Shown here: positions 55,079-64,000 of the stretch, piece by piece
How the letters are laid out: the number at the start of each line of letters is the position of its first letter
Numbering within the stretch: the first letter of the stretch is position 1
Origin: an uncultured Bacteriovoracaceae bacterium
GTDB lineage: Bacteria; Bdellovibrionota; UBA1018
Reading direction: 5' to 3'
Length of the DNA: 64,000 bases
NCBI GenBank assembly: GCA_964364175.1
Contig: CAYILR010000002.1
Coordinates: 69,357-133,356 of the forward strand
Made by a program: the position numbers and the translations under genes
The notes under the pieces: generated by a model
The model's database searches: none
What the model saw: only the letters and a program-made list of their open reading frames with translations
What the model was told of the DNA's origin: nothing

Positions 55079-56716
55079 TTAACTAGACGAACTGCGCTTT
55101 CCGTTCAGGTAGTCATTCGGCAAATACACTTGGCAACTCTTGGGATCCCCATACTGACGTTGAGTAGAAAATCCGAGCCGCTTCAAAATACCATCCATTC
55201 TCTCACTCGCTAGCCGACAACTCACCACCGCGCCCAAACGTCGGCCTTCTAAATTCAACAACCTCAATGACTCCACCATAGTGGTACTGCCAACATCACG
55301 ATCAAAATTATCCATGATCGCTCTGCGTCCCATGTAATAGGGCAGCTCGGACGACCAATCACACCCATACATCAACAGAACTTCATCCGGATGGGTATGC
55401 TCCCGGACAAACTGAATCATCTGGTAATCCAAACCTACCCAATTGGACTCTTCCATCTGCATAGGCAAATAGGTTTTTTGAAACGACGCGTGACCACTCC
55501 AGACCACCAAAAAGCTGGTCAAAACCACAACCGAAGTCCGAAGCCATATTCTGCCGTCCTTCAATGCAGCGTTAATACAAAACACAAAAGCGGCGATAAA
55601 AAAGACGACATTTGCATACTGATAATAGTTGTGAACGATGTGAAGATTCGTAAAAATCAAATAAACACCGAAGAAACAAATCAAAGAACCTGCCGCTAAA
55701 ACTCGATCTTTCCGATCTCGGATCAAAAAAAGTGAAGTGCATCCCAAAGCGACGAAAACATACCAGTAAGTACCCATCGCCTCCCAAAACATACTGGGAA
55801 CACGATGAATCCAAATATCCAGCGATCTCCTCTGAGCAGACGTTCCAAAATTCCACAATCGCAATGCACGCGAATTGATGAATCCGTTGGCCAACGGATT
55901 TTTGATTTTCACCTGATCAGCAAAACTGGTCCACTGAACAGTCGCGAGCAGTGGTATAAAAGCCAAAATCATTCCTGCAGGAACCCACTCTCTCAACCAA
56001 GTCCCAATATTTTTAAGCCTATCCCTCTTCTGCCAAATCTGCACCAGGGTTGCCAAAAAAACTGCCAATAAAAAACCGATCCATGTCGTTGCTTTGATTG
56101 CACCGGCAAGGGCTCCAAAAACAGCCGTGAGCCCAGCGTTCGCCCAACCTCTCTTGCGCAAATATCTGAGCGCAAACGCCAGATAAGCTGCCGAGAAAAA
56201 AAGTGCAGTCGATTCGATCATCACCGTTCGGGACCAGAACAGATAACTGGGTGAAGACAATAGGAGAGACAGAAAAATCCAACGTGCCAGAATCGAAAGC
56301 CCAAGCTCAGAAACACAAACCCAAAAAAAAGGTAGACTGGCGTAGAAGAAAGCCTGCGAAACGATCCGACCCACAGGAGCGATATCCCAACCCGAAATCC
56401 ACGACGTAAATGCCACCACCCATTGGTAAAATGGAAATTCAAACGGAATCGACCAGGGAGGACCTAAAACCGGCGTTTCGTATCTGAGTAGAGGCCCGCC
56501 TTTCAAAATATATTCTGCAGAAATCAAAGTCTGGGCCTGACGAAAACCGTGAGCATCCCCAATGTAGGTCTTCCAGAGCGCAATCGGAAACTGTGTCAAA
56601 CTGAAATAAAGCGTGTAGAGAAAAAGAGAAATCCCCAGGATCAGCGGTAATTCACTGAGGACAACCGAAACCCATGTGGGAACTGATCTTTGACGAGATT
56701 GCGTCAAAGACGTCAT
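55079..56716 (-). CDS. GT-C (GT39/ArnT-like) polytopic membrane glycosyltransferase candidate
   Basis: 545 aa, multi-TM, periplasmic loops and a C-terminal soluble region. Confidence 0.45.
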   Translation of the reverse strand: MTSLTQSRQRSVPTWVSVVLSELPLILGISLFLYTLYFSLTQFPIALWKTYIGDAHGFRQAQTLISAEYILKGGPLLRYETPVLGPPWSIPFEFPFYQWVVAFTSWISGWDIAPVGRIVSQAFFYASLPFFWVCVSELGLSILARWIFLSLLLSSPSYLFWSRTVMIESTALFFSAAYLAFALRYLRKRGWANAGLTAVFGALAGAIKATTWIGFLLAVFLATLVQIWQKRDRLKNIGTWLREWVPAGMILAFIPLLATVQWTSFADQVKIKNPLANGFINSRALRLWNFGTSAQRRSLDIWIHRVPSMFWEAMGTYWYVFVALGCTSLFLIRDRKDRVLAAGSLICFFGVYLIFTNLHIVHNYYQYANVVFFIAAFVFCINAALKDGRIWLRTSVVVLTSFLVVWSGHASFQKTYLPMQMEESNWVGLDYQMIQFVREHTHPDEVLLMYGCDWSSELPYYMGRRAIMDNFDRDVGSTTMVESLRLLNLEGRRLGAVVSCRLASERMDGILKRLGFSTQRQYGDPKSCQVYLPNDYLNGKRSSSS

Positions 56717-57789
56717 GATTCACCACCAAAAATAGGTCTCAAATCCACCTCGTTTTGACGAATCCACTGGTGAATGTTTTCGACGATGTCTTTGATACTC
56801 TTTTTGGGCTTCCAACCCAAAGCCTGTGACACCTTGGTGTTGTCAGAAATATACAACGGGATATCCACTGATGTCGTTTGTGTATCCGAAGCGATCTCGA
56901 TCTTGCGCCCGGTGACCTGCTGACAAATCGCCGTCAACTCACACAACGAAGTGGACACTTCTGTTCCTCCACCCACATTGTAAACCTCTGCTGCCCCGAG
57001 CGACTGAATCTGCCGAATCTGCGTCTGAATCAAGTCAAACAAATCCAGCGGGTGCAACAAATCGCGTACTTGCTTTCCTTGTCCACCGAAACCCGTGTAC
57101 TTCAATGGTTTACCGAAATAATGATTCGCGACCCAAAGGGTAAAAACTCCTTGATCGACTTTGCCAAACTGCCCAGGGCCCGCGATGACTCCGCAGCGAT
57201 TGATTACTGCTTTCATCCCATAAGTGTCGGCATATTCTTGAATCACGAGCTCGGATGCTAATTTGGTGGCTCCATAAATCGATCGGGGTAAATGCGTGGG
57301 GAAATTTTCAGCCACGCCCTTTTCGGAGGCACCTGAGAATTTTTGATCTGCTTTCAATTCCAAGCGTGTACTTCCCTCACGCAATGCCAATTCCCTCAGA
57401 GGCTGAATGGAATACACACGAGAAGTTGAAAGAAAAACCATCATGCCTGCTCTTTTACGGGCCAACTCCAAGCAATTGAGCGTACCCGTGAGATTCGTCT
57501 GCAAAACATATGCAGGAGATCCGCTCAAACCCGCCAAAACACTGGGTTCAGCAGAAGCCTCGACAAAAACATCGAAGTTCCCCTTCAAATCGTTCAAATC
57601 ATCGGCACTGCGAATATCTCCATGAACAAATTCAATCTGATTTTTTTTAAACAAAGGGATGTTGAGTTCAGAACCCCGACGGCGCAAATTATCCAAAGCA
57701 ACTATTTCGTCCTGAGGACCGGCTTCTCGAAAAGCCAACGCAAGCCGCGATCCGACAAAACCAGCTCCACCTGTGATGAGAATCCTCAT
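56713..57789 (-). CDS. NAD-dependent epimerase/dehydratase (SDR), CDP-paratose-2-epimerase-like; start at MRILITGG (4-bp overlap with the upstream GT2)
   Basis: 'ILITGGAGFVGS', 'LSTSRVYS' and 'GKQVRDLLHPLD'. Confidence 0.75.
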   Translation of the reverse strand: MRILITGGAGFVGSRLALAFREAGPQDEIVALDNLRRRGSELNIPLFKKNQIEFVHGDIRSADDLNDLKGNFDVFVEASAEPSVLAGLSGSPAYVLQTNLTGTLNCLELARKRAGMMVFLSTSRVYSIQPLRELALREGSTRLELKADQKFSGASEKGVAENFPTHLPRSIYGATKLASELVIQEYADTYGMKAVINRCGVIAGPGQFGKVDQGVFTLWVANHYFGKPLKYTGFGGQGKQVRDLLHPLDLFDLIQTQIRQIQSLGAAEVYNVGGGTEVSTSLCELTAICQQVTGRKIEIASDTQTTSVDIPLYISDNTKVSQALGWKPKKSIKDIVENIHQWIRQNEVDLRPIFGGES

Positions 57790-58538
57790 AGAGGCGCCTC
57801 TCGCTTGCTGCGATGATAATCTCCCCGCGAAAGCCATTTCTCAATCCAACAATACAAAATAATAAATAGGTAACGAGAACCCATTTCTTTGATTTTTAGC
57901 TTCGAAATCCCAGTTTTTCGGTTGATCCAATCGTTGGGAATCACCGTATAGCTGTATCCACGCACGATGGATTTCAACGGCAACTCGACCGTGAGATTGA
58001 AATGATGGCTTAAAAAAGGCTGAATCCCTTGGATCACTTCTTTGCGATAGAGCTTAAAGGCATTGGTCACGTCGTTGTAACGAAGCCCAAAAAGAATCTG
58101 GATAATCTTGTTGGCGATCCGATTGAGAAAAAGTTTGAATCCAGGATAATCGATAATTTTTGACTCACGCATAAAACGTGATCCAAAAACACAATCTACT
58201 CCTTTTTCATTCATTGCTCGAAAAAATCGCACCAGATCTTCCGGCCGATCCGAGGCATCTGCCATAAAAACAGCAACCGCGTCCCCTTGAAAATTTTCTA
58301 GCCCCTTGCGAACCGCAAAACCAAAACCGTGAGGCGGAACATTATTGATGTAGCGAACTCCAGCTAACTCCGCTTGCAGCCTCTTTAAAATCGTTTCTGT
58401 CTGATCAGAAGAATTGTCATTGATCACCAGAATTTCGTGATCGATTTTTTCTGCCTGAAGAGTACGCGACAATGCACCTACAGTCCCCTCAATGCACCCT
58501 TCTTCATTATGTGCAGGAATCACGACCGAAAGCTTCAA
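57786..58538 (-). CDS. glycosyltransferase family 2, polyprenyl-phosphate sugar synthase type (DPM1/ArnC/GtrB-like)
   Basis: '[11 protein letters not shown]', 'INDNSSDQT', '[10 protein letters not shown]' and 'VFGSRF' with a hydrophobic C-terminus. Confidence 0.8.
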   Translation of the reverse strand: MKLSVVIPAHNEEGCIEGTVGALSRTLQAEKIDHEILVINDNSSDQTETILKRLQAELAGVRYINNVPPHGFGFAVRKGLENFQGDAVAVFMADASDRPEDLVRFFRAMNEKGVDCVFGSRFMRESKIIDYPGFKLFLNRIANKIIQILFGLRYNDVTNAFKLYRKEVIQGIQPFLSHHFNLTVELPLKSIVRGYSYTVIPNDWINRKTGISKLKIKEMGSRYLFIILYCWIEKWLSRGDYHRSKREAPL

Positions 58539-59599
58539 TTCGGCCTCTCGCGTGCAGCCTCAACCATTTCTTTCAAAATTCGCTTGAGGTCGTACTGATA
58601 TTTCCACTCCGGATAATCGGATTGGAATTTGCGAACGTCGCTCACCCACCAGATGTGATCGCCTGAGCGCGCTTGATCCGAGAGGCTGTACTGTAACTTG
58701 CGCCCGCTGATTTCTTCGGTGATTTGAATCGCTTCTAGCATCGAGCAATTGCTGTGCCGTGAACCGCCCATATTATACACCGCACCGGCGCGAGGATTTT
58801 TGTAAAAGCTCCAAAATGCACTCACAAGATCGTGTGAGTGAATGTTGTCGCGAACTTGCTTACCCTTATATCCAAAAATCGTATACGGTTTCCCATGCAC
58901 CGTGCACTTCACCAAATAAGCAAGAAATCCGTGCAATTCTGCACCAGAATGCGAAGGACCCGTGAGACAGCCGCCTCGAAACGTGCCTGTTTTCATCCCA
59001 AAGTAACGACCGTATTCTTGAGCAAGAACGTCTGCGGCCACCTTGCTCGCTCCAAAAAGACTGTGCTTGGATTGATCGATGGTCAAAGTCTCGTCGATTC
59101 CGTGCTTGGCATATGTATGCGACGGATCTAGTTCCCAACGCATTTCTTTTTCTACGAGTGGGAGAAAATTTGGAGCATCCCCATAGACTTTATTCGTGGA
59201 AGTAAAAATAAACACAGCATCAGGACAATACTTCCGGGTGTTCTCCAAAAGCACCAGCGTGCCATTCGCATTGACTGTGAAATCCGTGTACGGCTCGCGT
59301 GCGGCCCAATCATGGCTGGGTTGTGCTGCCGTGTGAACCACCAGGGAAATCTTCTTGCCCATTTCCGAAAAAACCTTCGCGATGGCCTGATCGTCTCGAA
59401 TATCAATTGAAAGGTGGGTGAAATTTTTGAAGCTCTTTTTGAGGCGCTCGGTATTCCACTCAGTCGATCCATCCTGACCGAAAAAATACTTTCGCATGTT
59501 GTTGTCGATCCCGACTACCTCGAGCCCTTGAGCGTGCAGGAATTTTACAGTTTCACTTCCGATGAGTCCTGATGAACCCGTGACTATGGCGACAGACAT
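58535..59599 (-). CDS. NAD-dependent epimerase/dehydratase (SDR), CDP-paratose/tyvelose-2-epimerase-like
   Basis: '[10 protein letters not shown]'. '[12 protein letters not shown]' matches RfbE '[12 protein letters not shown]'. '[13 protein letters not shown]' matches 'GKQVRDVLHAEDM'. Confidence 0.8.
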   Translation of the reverse strand: MSVAIVTGSSGLIGSETVKFLHAQGLEVVGIDNNMRKYFFGQDGSTEWNTERLKKSFKNFTHLSIDIRDDQAIAKVFSEMGKKISLVVHTAAQPSHDWAAREPYTDFTVNANGTLVLLENTRKYCPDAVFIFTSTNKVYGDAPNFLPLVEKEMRWELDPSHTYAKHGIDETLTIDQSKHSLFGASKVAADVLAQEYGRYFGMKTGTFRGGCLTGPSHSGAELHGFLAYLVKCTVHGKPYTIFGYKGKQVRDNIHSHDLVSAFWSFYKNPRAGAVYNMGGSRHSNCSMLEAIQITEEISGRKLQYSLSDQARSGDHIWWVSDVRKFQSDYPEWKYQYDLKRILKEMVEAARERPN

Positions 59600-59701
59600 C
59601 CTAGACTCCTCTTGCAGTATAAAATGACAATCATTTGCATATGTGTTTGATATTCACTAATACGGTATTGTTCAACCCTTTTCTATGGATATGAAACGGA
59701 T

Positions 59702-61240
59702 ATGAAACTCAGCTCTCCAGCTCCTGTCAGTTTTTCCAGCTTGCGATTCTGGATGCTGATTTTGGGCGGAATTTGTCTCATTTTCCAGGTCATCAAAGCA
59801 GCCACTACAGGCCTCTGGTGGGACGAAGCTCTCATTCTCAAACCCATCTCTTCGATGCTTGCGGGCGAAGGCTGGAAAGCAATGGGCGTATTGTTTCACG
59901 AGGGCATCAGCACTGGACCGGCACTGCTCATTCCCGGACTGCTGCTCAGTTGGCTGACTCACGGGCCTGTTCCGCCTCTGCTCCACCTTCTTGCTCTTTC
60001 CCATCTTTTACTGCTTTTTTTTGGCTGGAAAAGATGGGGGGTTACCTATTTCGAAGCTGCAGTCATTCTCGGAATTTACCTCATCATTGTGACCCTTTCG
60101 CCCAAACTTTATATCACTCATTTTTTGGGAGAGTTCCCGGGTAGTGTTTGGTTTCTTTTGGGGGCTTGGCTTGCCTTCAGCCCGATCAAAAATCGCTTAC
60201 AGTTGCAATGGGCAGGCATATTTTTCATGCTCTCCATCTTGTCCAAATTCATTTTCATCATGCCGATTGCCACGTCGCTTTTTGCGTGGCTGCTGTTCCA
60301 GCGAATTCATCCTTTCACCCGGAAATTTTGGACTTTTTTCTTTAAACTTGCGTTAGGCGCTCTAGTACCCTGTAGCTTTTGGGTTTTATTTCAGTGGCAA
60401 CAGTATGGAAATCTTGTCGGCATGCAGGAGGGGTACCTGCGGTGGTTGAATCTGATTCTTCATGGAGACAATGGCGCAGGCCTACAACAATCCAGCCAAG
60501 CGGGGGGTTTGATCAAACCCATGAGAATGATTTTTCAGGATGTGCAGGGCCTGATGATTTCTGGCACTGCTCCTATACTGGTTTTAGGCTGGTTAGCTTT
60601 TCAAGTTTTCTCCATTCGTCAAGCCTGGAAAGATAGGAAGCCATCTGCTTCTTTGTGTATAGCCGTTGGCAGCACCTCTGTTTTGGCTTGGTGGGTCTTC
60701 CTTTCTCGGTTTGGTGGCGGTGGTGCGCTTTTTCGGCATGTGAGTCCAGTCATCTGGATTGGTTTGGGTGCAATGTGCAGGGACTGGTTTTTTTTCCGTG
60801 GCATGAGTCGACTGAACCAAAATCATGGGTACCCCGTTCTAGGCGCGTTACTCAGCCTCGGCCTCACAGGAGTTTTGGGCTTTCGATCCTATCAGTATGT
60901 TTTTGAACACAAGGGGCTCGGGCTTTATTCTTCGTGGTATCACCAAAACCAAATCCAAAAATGGATTATTACAAACTCAACCACTGAAAATCCCGTTCCC
61001 GTTTTAAACTGCACGGCAGATGGCCATGTTTGGTATAGCAATGTTTATCTTCCACTTGCGTCACTCACCCCTCCCGATCGCTACTTTGTCTTAGAGCCTT
61101 GTCGGCTTCCCTCAGGCTCGCTCCAGAGCAGCCGGTTCTTAGTCGGAATCGAGGCTCATCACCTGAATGATTTTGATCGAGGACTGCTGACCTTGGTCGA
61201 CGGTTCCTGGGATGGGCAAGGCCTCTATCAAATCAAATAA
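59702..61240 (+). CDS. GT-C (ArnT/PMT-like) polytopic membrane glycosyltransferase candidate
   Basis: 'TGLWWDEALILKP' DE motif after TM1, more than 10 TM and a C-terminal soluble domain. Confidence 0.5.
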   Translation: MKLSSPAPVSFSSLRFWMLILGGICLIFQVIKAATTGLWWDEALILKPISSMLAGEGWKAMGVLFHEGISTGPALLIPGLLLSWLTHGPVPPLLHLLALSHLLLLFFGWKRWGVTYFEAAVILGIYLIIVTLSPKLYITHFLGEFPGSVWFLLGAWLAFSPIKNRLQLQWAGIFFMLSILSKFIFIMPIATSLFAWLLFQRIHPFTRKFWTFFFKLALGALVPCSFWVLFQWQQYGNLVGMQEGYLRWLNLILHGDNGAGLQQSSQAGGLIKPMRMIFQDVQGLMISGTAPILVLGWLAFQVFSIRQAWKDRKPSASLCIAVGSTSVLAWWVFLSRFGGGGALFRHVSPVIWIGLGAMCRDWFFFRGMSRLNQNHGYPVLGALLSLGLTGVLGFRSYQYVFEHKGLGLYSSWYHQNQIQKWIITNSTTENPVPVLNCTADGHVWYSNVYLPLASLTPPDRYFVLEPCRLPSGSLQSSRFLVGIEAHHLNDFDRGLLTLVDGSWDGQGLYQIK

Positions 61241-62548
61241 TCATTGATGCGGCGGCTGGCATCGGTACATCAATCCATAATCTGCCTTGGGTGCTCCGCA
61301 ATTTTCGTGCAGATAAGAAAGAAACTGCCAACTCAGAAAAATTTGAGAACACAAGAAAAGCGCGAACCAAACTCGCTGCTTTTTGAAAGAAGTAAAAATC
61401 AGATAAACTAACCATAGATAAGTGAGAGGGAAAAACGTAATTAAATAGTGCCGATGCACCATCAATCTTTTCAAAGTAATGAGTAACCCAGCTCCAAATA
61501 ATGCAGCATTCAGTATAAATCGAGTTTCTGAACCAGAACCGCTCAAAAACTGCTTCAAATTTCTATATTGATGCTCCTTGAAAAAAAGTACCACCTTCTT
61601 CAAAACCAAAACCACTACGCCCAGATGCAACAGAATTGAAACTGCTTTCACGCCATATGTGAAATGCCCAAAAAACATCGGTAGTTTCTCAAATTCGGTG
61701 TAATAATCGCCAATGGCATACATCAAGCGGGTTCCCAAAGGATCCGTTGCCCACGTCCTATAAAATGGAAAAGACAAAATCTGTTTTAAATTGATTTGAT
61801 AGGAATCCAACCCACGTATTCCACCGTCAAGAAGGAGGTATTTCAGCCAGGGCAGGGCAGGCAAAACACCGATTCCCACTCCGAGGAAATAAAATTTCCA
61901 CCGGGTAGAATTCCGATCAAACAAAACTATCCACAGAAAAAAACCCGCTGCCAAAAAAAGCGGGCTCATCTGAAGCTGGAACATCAGCACGCCGATTAGG
62001 CCCCACAGCAAAGCTCCTGTTCTCTTTCCCCTCTGAAGAAAGAACAATAAGAATAAAACTGAAAAAAGTGGGAAAAGGCACTGAGGCCAGATTTTTCGTT
62101 GGAACAAAACTGCGAATGGATTGACCCACGCGACCAGCATTGCGGCCCACCAAAATTTGGCCTCCTTTTTTTCTCGAAGATAAAAGGGAATCAGCAACAC
62201 TAAGGAAGTACCGACGATATTCCAATACTGAACAGCACGAGCCAATTCCTCTGGGCGAGTGGCACCATACACCTTCCCCAAAAGGATAAACATCCAAGCA
62301 CTCAAGCCGCTGACCTTGATCCCCACACTGGAAGCCATCCCAATGAGGGGAATATCCGCCCAAGAATGAGTTCTCATCATCGCATTAAAAGACCAGATTT
62401 CATCATTCTTAAATTCGATATCGAGTGGCCAAATCAACCTAAAAATAATGCCCACCGCAATAATCACGGATGCCAGGGCGAGATCTATCCATTTCAAATC
62501 ATAGGTTTTTAAAAAACCCAGCCAGCGCTCTCTCATCTCATTTCTCAA
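61241..62548 (-). CDS. polytopic membrane protein, GT-C-like candidate
   Basis: 'WPLDIEFKNDEIWSF' acidic loop after TM1 and about 11 TM. Confidence 0.4.
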   Translation of the reverse strand: MRNEMRERWLGFLKTYDLKWIDLALASVIIAVGIIFRLIWPLDIEFKNDEIWSFNAMMRTHSWADIPLIGMASSVGIKVSGLSAWMFILLGKVYGATRPEELARAVQYWNIVGTSLVLLIPFYLREKKEAKFWWAAMLVAWVNPFAVLFQRKIWPQCLFPLFSVLFLLFFLQRGKRTGALLWGLIGVLMFQLQMSPLFLAAGFFLWIVLFDRNSTRWKFYFLGVGIGVLPALPWLKYLLLDGGIRGLDSYQINLKQILSFPFYRTWATDPLGTRLMYAIGDYYTEFEKLPMFFGHFTYGVKAVSILLHLGVVVLVLKKVVLFFKEHQYRNLKQFLSGSGSETRFILNAALFGAGLLITLKRLMVHRHYLITFFPLTYLWLVYLIFTSFKKQRVWFALFLCSQIFLSWQFLSYLHENCGAPKADYGLMYRCQPPHQ

Positions 62549-62624
62549 ACATGACTACTCCTGATTGGCAAGTGATTAGGCTTTCCTCTGTTCAAATGGG
62601 CAGGACCGGATTAGAAAAAGCTAA

Positions 62625-63941
62625 GTGGACACTTTGGATTCGCCCTATAAAAAATTCGGTTGGTATGTTCTGCTGATCTACTTTGCGTGCCTTGCTTTTG
62701 GCTCCAAGAACTTTTCTTATCTTTCTTTCTCTTTGGGTCCCATCCCGGTTTATGTCGGCGAAGTCGCGCTTTTGCTTTCTGCAATTCTCTGCTGGATCAA
62801 TAAGAAACATTTGTTTCAAGAAGTCCCAAATTGGATCAAACACTTGCTAACCCTTTATTTGGTCTGGGGCGTTTTTTTGGTCGGATACTCTTTTTGGAAA
62901 AAAACCGCGGATACCTCAGTAGTTCAAATTTTGAGGGATAGTGCACTTTTCTATCAATCGCTGTGGCTTTTGTTTGGATTGCTTCTGGCGCCCAAAAAAT
63001 GGGTTCAGTGGTTAACAATATCCTTGGTCGGAATCGGTCTTGCTCAATATTTTTGGTGGTTACGCTACATTTATTACGGCTTGGTTTATGGAATCAGCAC
63101 CTCTGGTTTTTTTGGATTTATCCACGGCAATGATTCTTTCAGTACTTTTTTCCCTCTCACTCTTGCAATTTGGCCAATTCAGTGGTCAACAGCGCTGGCA
63201 TTTGCGTATGGACATGCTGTTTTGGGACTTTTTCTCATTTATTTCAAAAAATCATGGTTCCTATGCGTTTTTGCTGTCGTCATGCCTATGGCAATCTGGA
63301 TGACTCGAAAAATCTATCCGCGGATAGTTCTCAAGAAGACCCTGTTTTTTTTCGGCGCACTTTTGATGGGATTAACGATTGCTAGCATTGGGGCAAATCG
63401 AGTTTCACAACACAAATCCATTTTTCAAGACATCAGCAAAAACGCACAAAATACAAACGCCTGGTTCTTTCACGGAGAACTCGACAGAGAGGAATCGGAC
63501 AATTCCACTGGATCCTCTTATATGGCCTGGCGATTTTTTCTATGGCGAAATGCGATCCATGGCTTTTTAGAGCATCCTTTTTTAGGAAATGGTTTCGGCC
63601 CCAAGGTTGTCACAGCACAGCAAGATGGTATGTTACCGATCACCGACGGCAAGTGGATCTCCGGCCCACACAATAGTTTTTTGACTGTTGCTTTTCGTGG
63701 TGGAGTCATCGGCATTGCCAGCCTGCTTCTACTGACTTTTATTCCAATCCTAGTTTTTTTTAAAAAGATGGTCCTTCGGTCCTACTTGCACCCGCAATCC
63801 TATTTGGCACTTGCTGCTTTGTTCACTCAGATTTTCGCGGCTTTTTTCAATGTGACCTTAGAAAATCCCCAGCATGGCACGGTCTTCTGGGTACTGCTGG
63901 GGGCATTCATTCGGCTGACTTACACCAAAGCTCCATCCTAA
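62625..63941 (+). CDS. O-antigen ligase / Wzy_C-domain membrane protein (paralog of 27597..29030); GTG start
   Basis: Colinear with the 27597 ORF: 'GSKNFSYLSFSLGPIPVYVGE' vs 'GSKEFSYFHFKIGPIPVFIGE'; 'QILRDSALFYQSLWLLFGL' vs 'QILRDSALFYQALWILFGL'; 'ISGPHNSFLTVAFRGGVIGI' vs 'ISGPHNSFLTVAFRGGIIAI'. Confidence 0.6.
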   Translation: MDTLDSPYKKFGWYVLLIYFACLAFGSKNFSYLSFSLGPIPVYVGEVALLLSAILCWINKKHLFQEVPNWIKHLLTLYLVWGVFLVGYSFWKKTADTSVVQILRDSALFYQSLWLLFGLLLAPKKWVQWLTISLVGIGLAQYFWWLRYIYYGLVYGISTSGFFGFIHGNDSFSTFFPLTLAIWPIQWSTALAFAYGHAVLGLFLIYFKKSWFLCVFAVVMPMAIWMTRKIYPRIVLKKTLFFFGALLMGLTIASIGANRVSQHKSIFQDISKNAQNTNAWFFHGELDREESDNSTGSSYMAWRFFLWRNAIHGFLEHPFLGNGFGPKVVTAQQDGMLPITDGKWISGPHNSFLTVAFRGGVIGIASLLLLTFIPILVFFKKMVLRSYLHPQSYLALAALFTQIFAAFFNVTLENPQHGTVFWVLLGAFIRLTYTKAPS

Positions 63942-64000
63942 ATTATAAATAAAACAAAGTGACATCGCCCATATCTTTGTGAGCGTGCTCGGAATAGAGC

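Noticed and set aside
1-64000. rRNA or tRNA genes
   Set aside because: Intergenic regions are short (mostly under 150 bp) and none shows tRNA-like structure or rRNA-like conserved blocks. Coding density is about 95%.

Overview
This window reads as a large surface-glycan (LPS/EPS or glycoprotein) biosynthesis locus from an unidentified Shine-Dalgarno-using bacterium, with two or three embedded low-GC accessory insertions. Calls rest on motif recognition in the provided translations and on gene-order logic; no searches were run, and I cannot assign a phylum from the sequence.

Core content:
- **Nucleotide-sugar pathways.** A complete but dispersed WbpA/WbpB/WbpE/WbpD-like set for a UDP-2,3-diacetamido-2,3-dideoxy-hexuronic acid. 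A UXS-family UDP-glucuronate decarboxylase. Two WxcM/FdtA-like cupins and a TylCIII-type NDP-sugar C-methyltransferase. A second DegT aminotransferase, a GNAT and a UDP-galactopyranose-mutase-like flavoenzyme.
- **Glycosyltransferases.** GT2 and GT4 enzymes, including three ArnC/DPM1-like polyprenyl-phosphate sugar synthases, one of them flanked on both sides by CDP-paratose-2-epimerase-like SDRs.
- **Polytopic membrane proteins.** Roughly eleven large GT-C (ArnT/PMT)-like membrane proteins, most carrying an acidic 'DE/DD' motif after TM1, and three O-antigen-ligase/Wzy_C-like paralogs.

Most unusual is a Dlt-like acyl-carrier shuttle: a DltA-like AMP-ligase, an ACP, an MBOAT (DltB/AlgI-like) and a DltD/AlgJ-like protein. 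It is combined with a LuxE acyl-protein synthetase, a LuxC acyl-CoA reductase, a FabG-like SDR and a NodB deacetylase. The MBOAT and DltD-like genes are co-transcribed with a tandem of GT-C genes. This suggests extracytoplasmic acylation of the glycan with a non-acetyl group.

The insertions are a HipB-HipS-HipT tripartite toxin-antitoxin with AT-rich palindromic operators, a DUF4258/DUF2283 toxin-antitoxin pair translationally coupled to the AMP-ligase, and a low-GC module of an HTH protein, a metallophosphoesterase and a 325-aa unknown protein. An Arch_ATPase/DUF234 ATPase sits behind a GATTTGGCC repeat array. I saw no rRNA, tRNA, CRISPR array or transposase.
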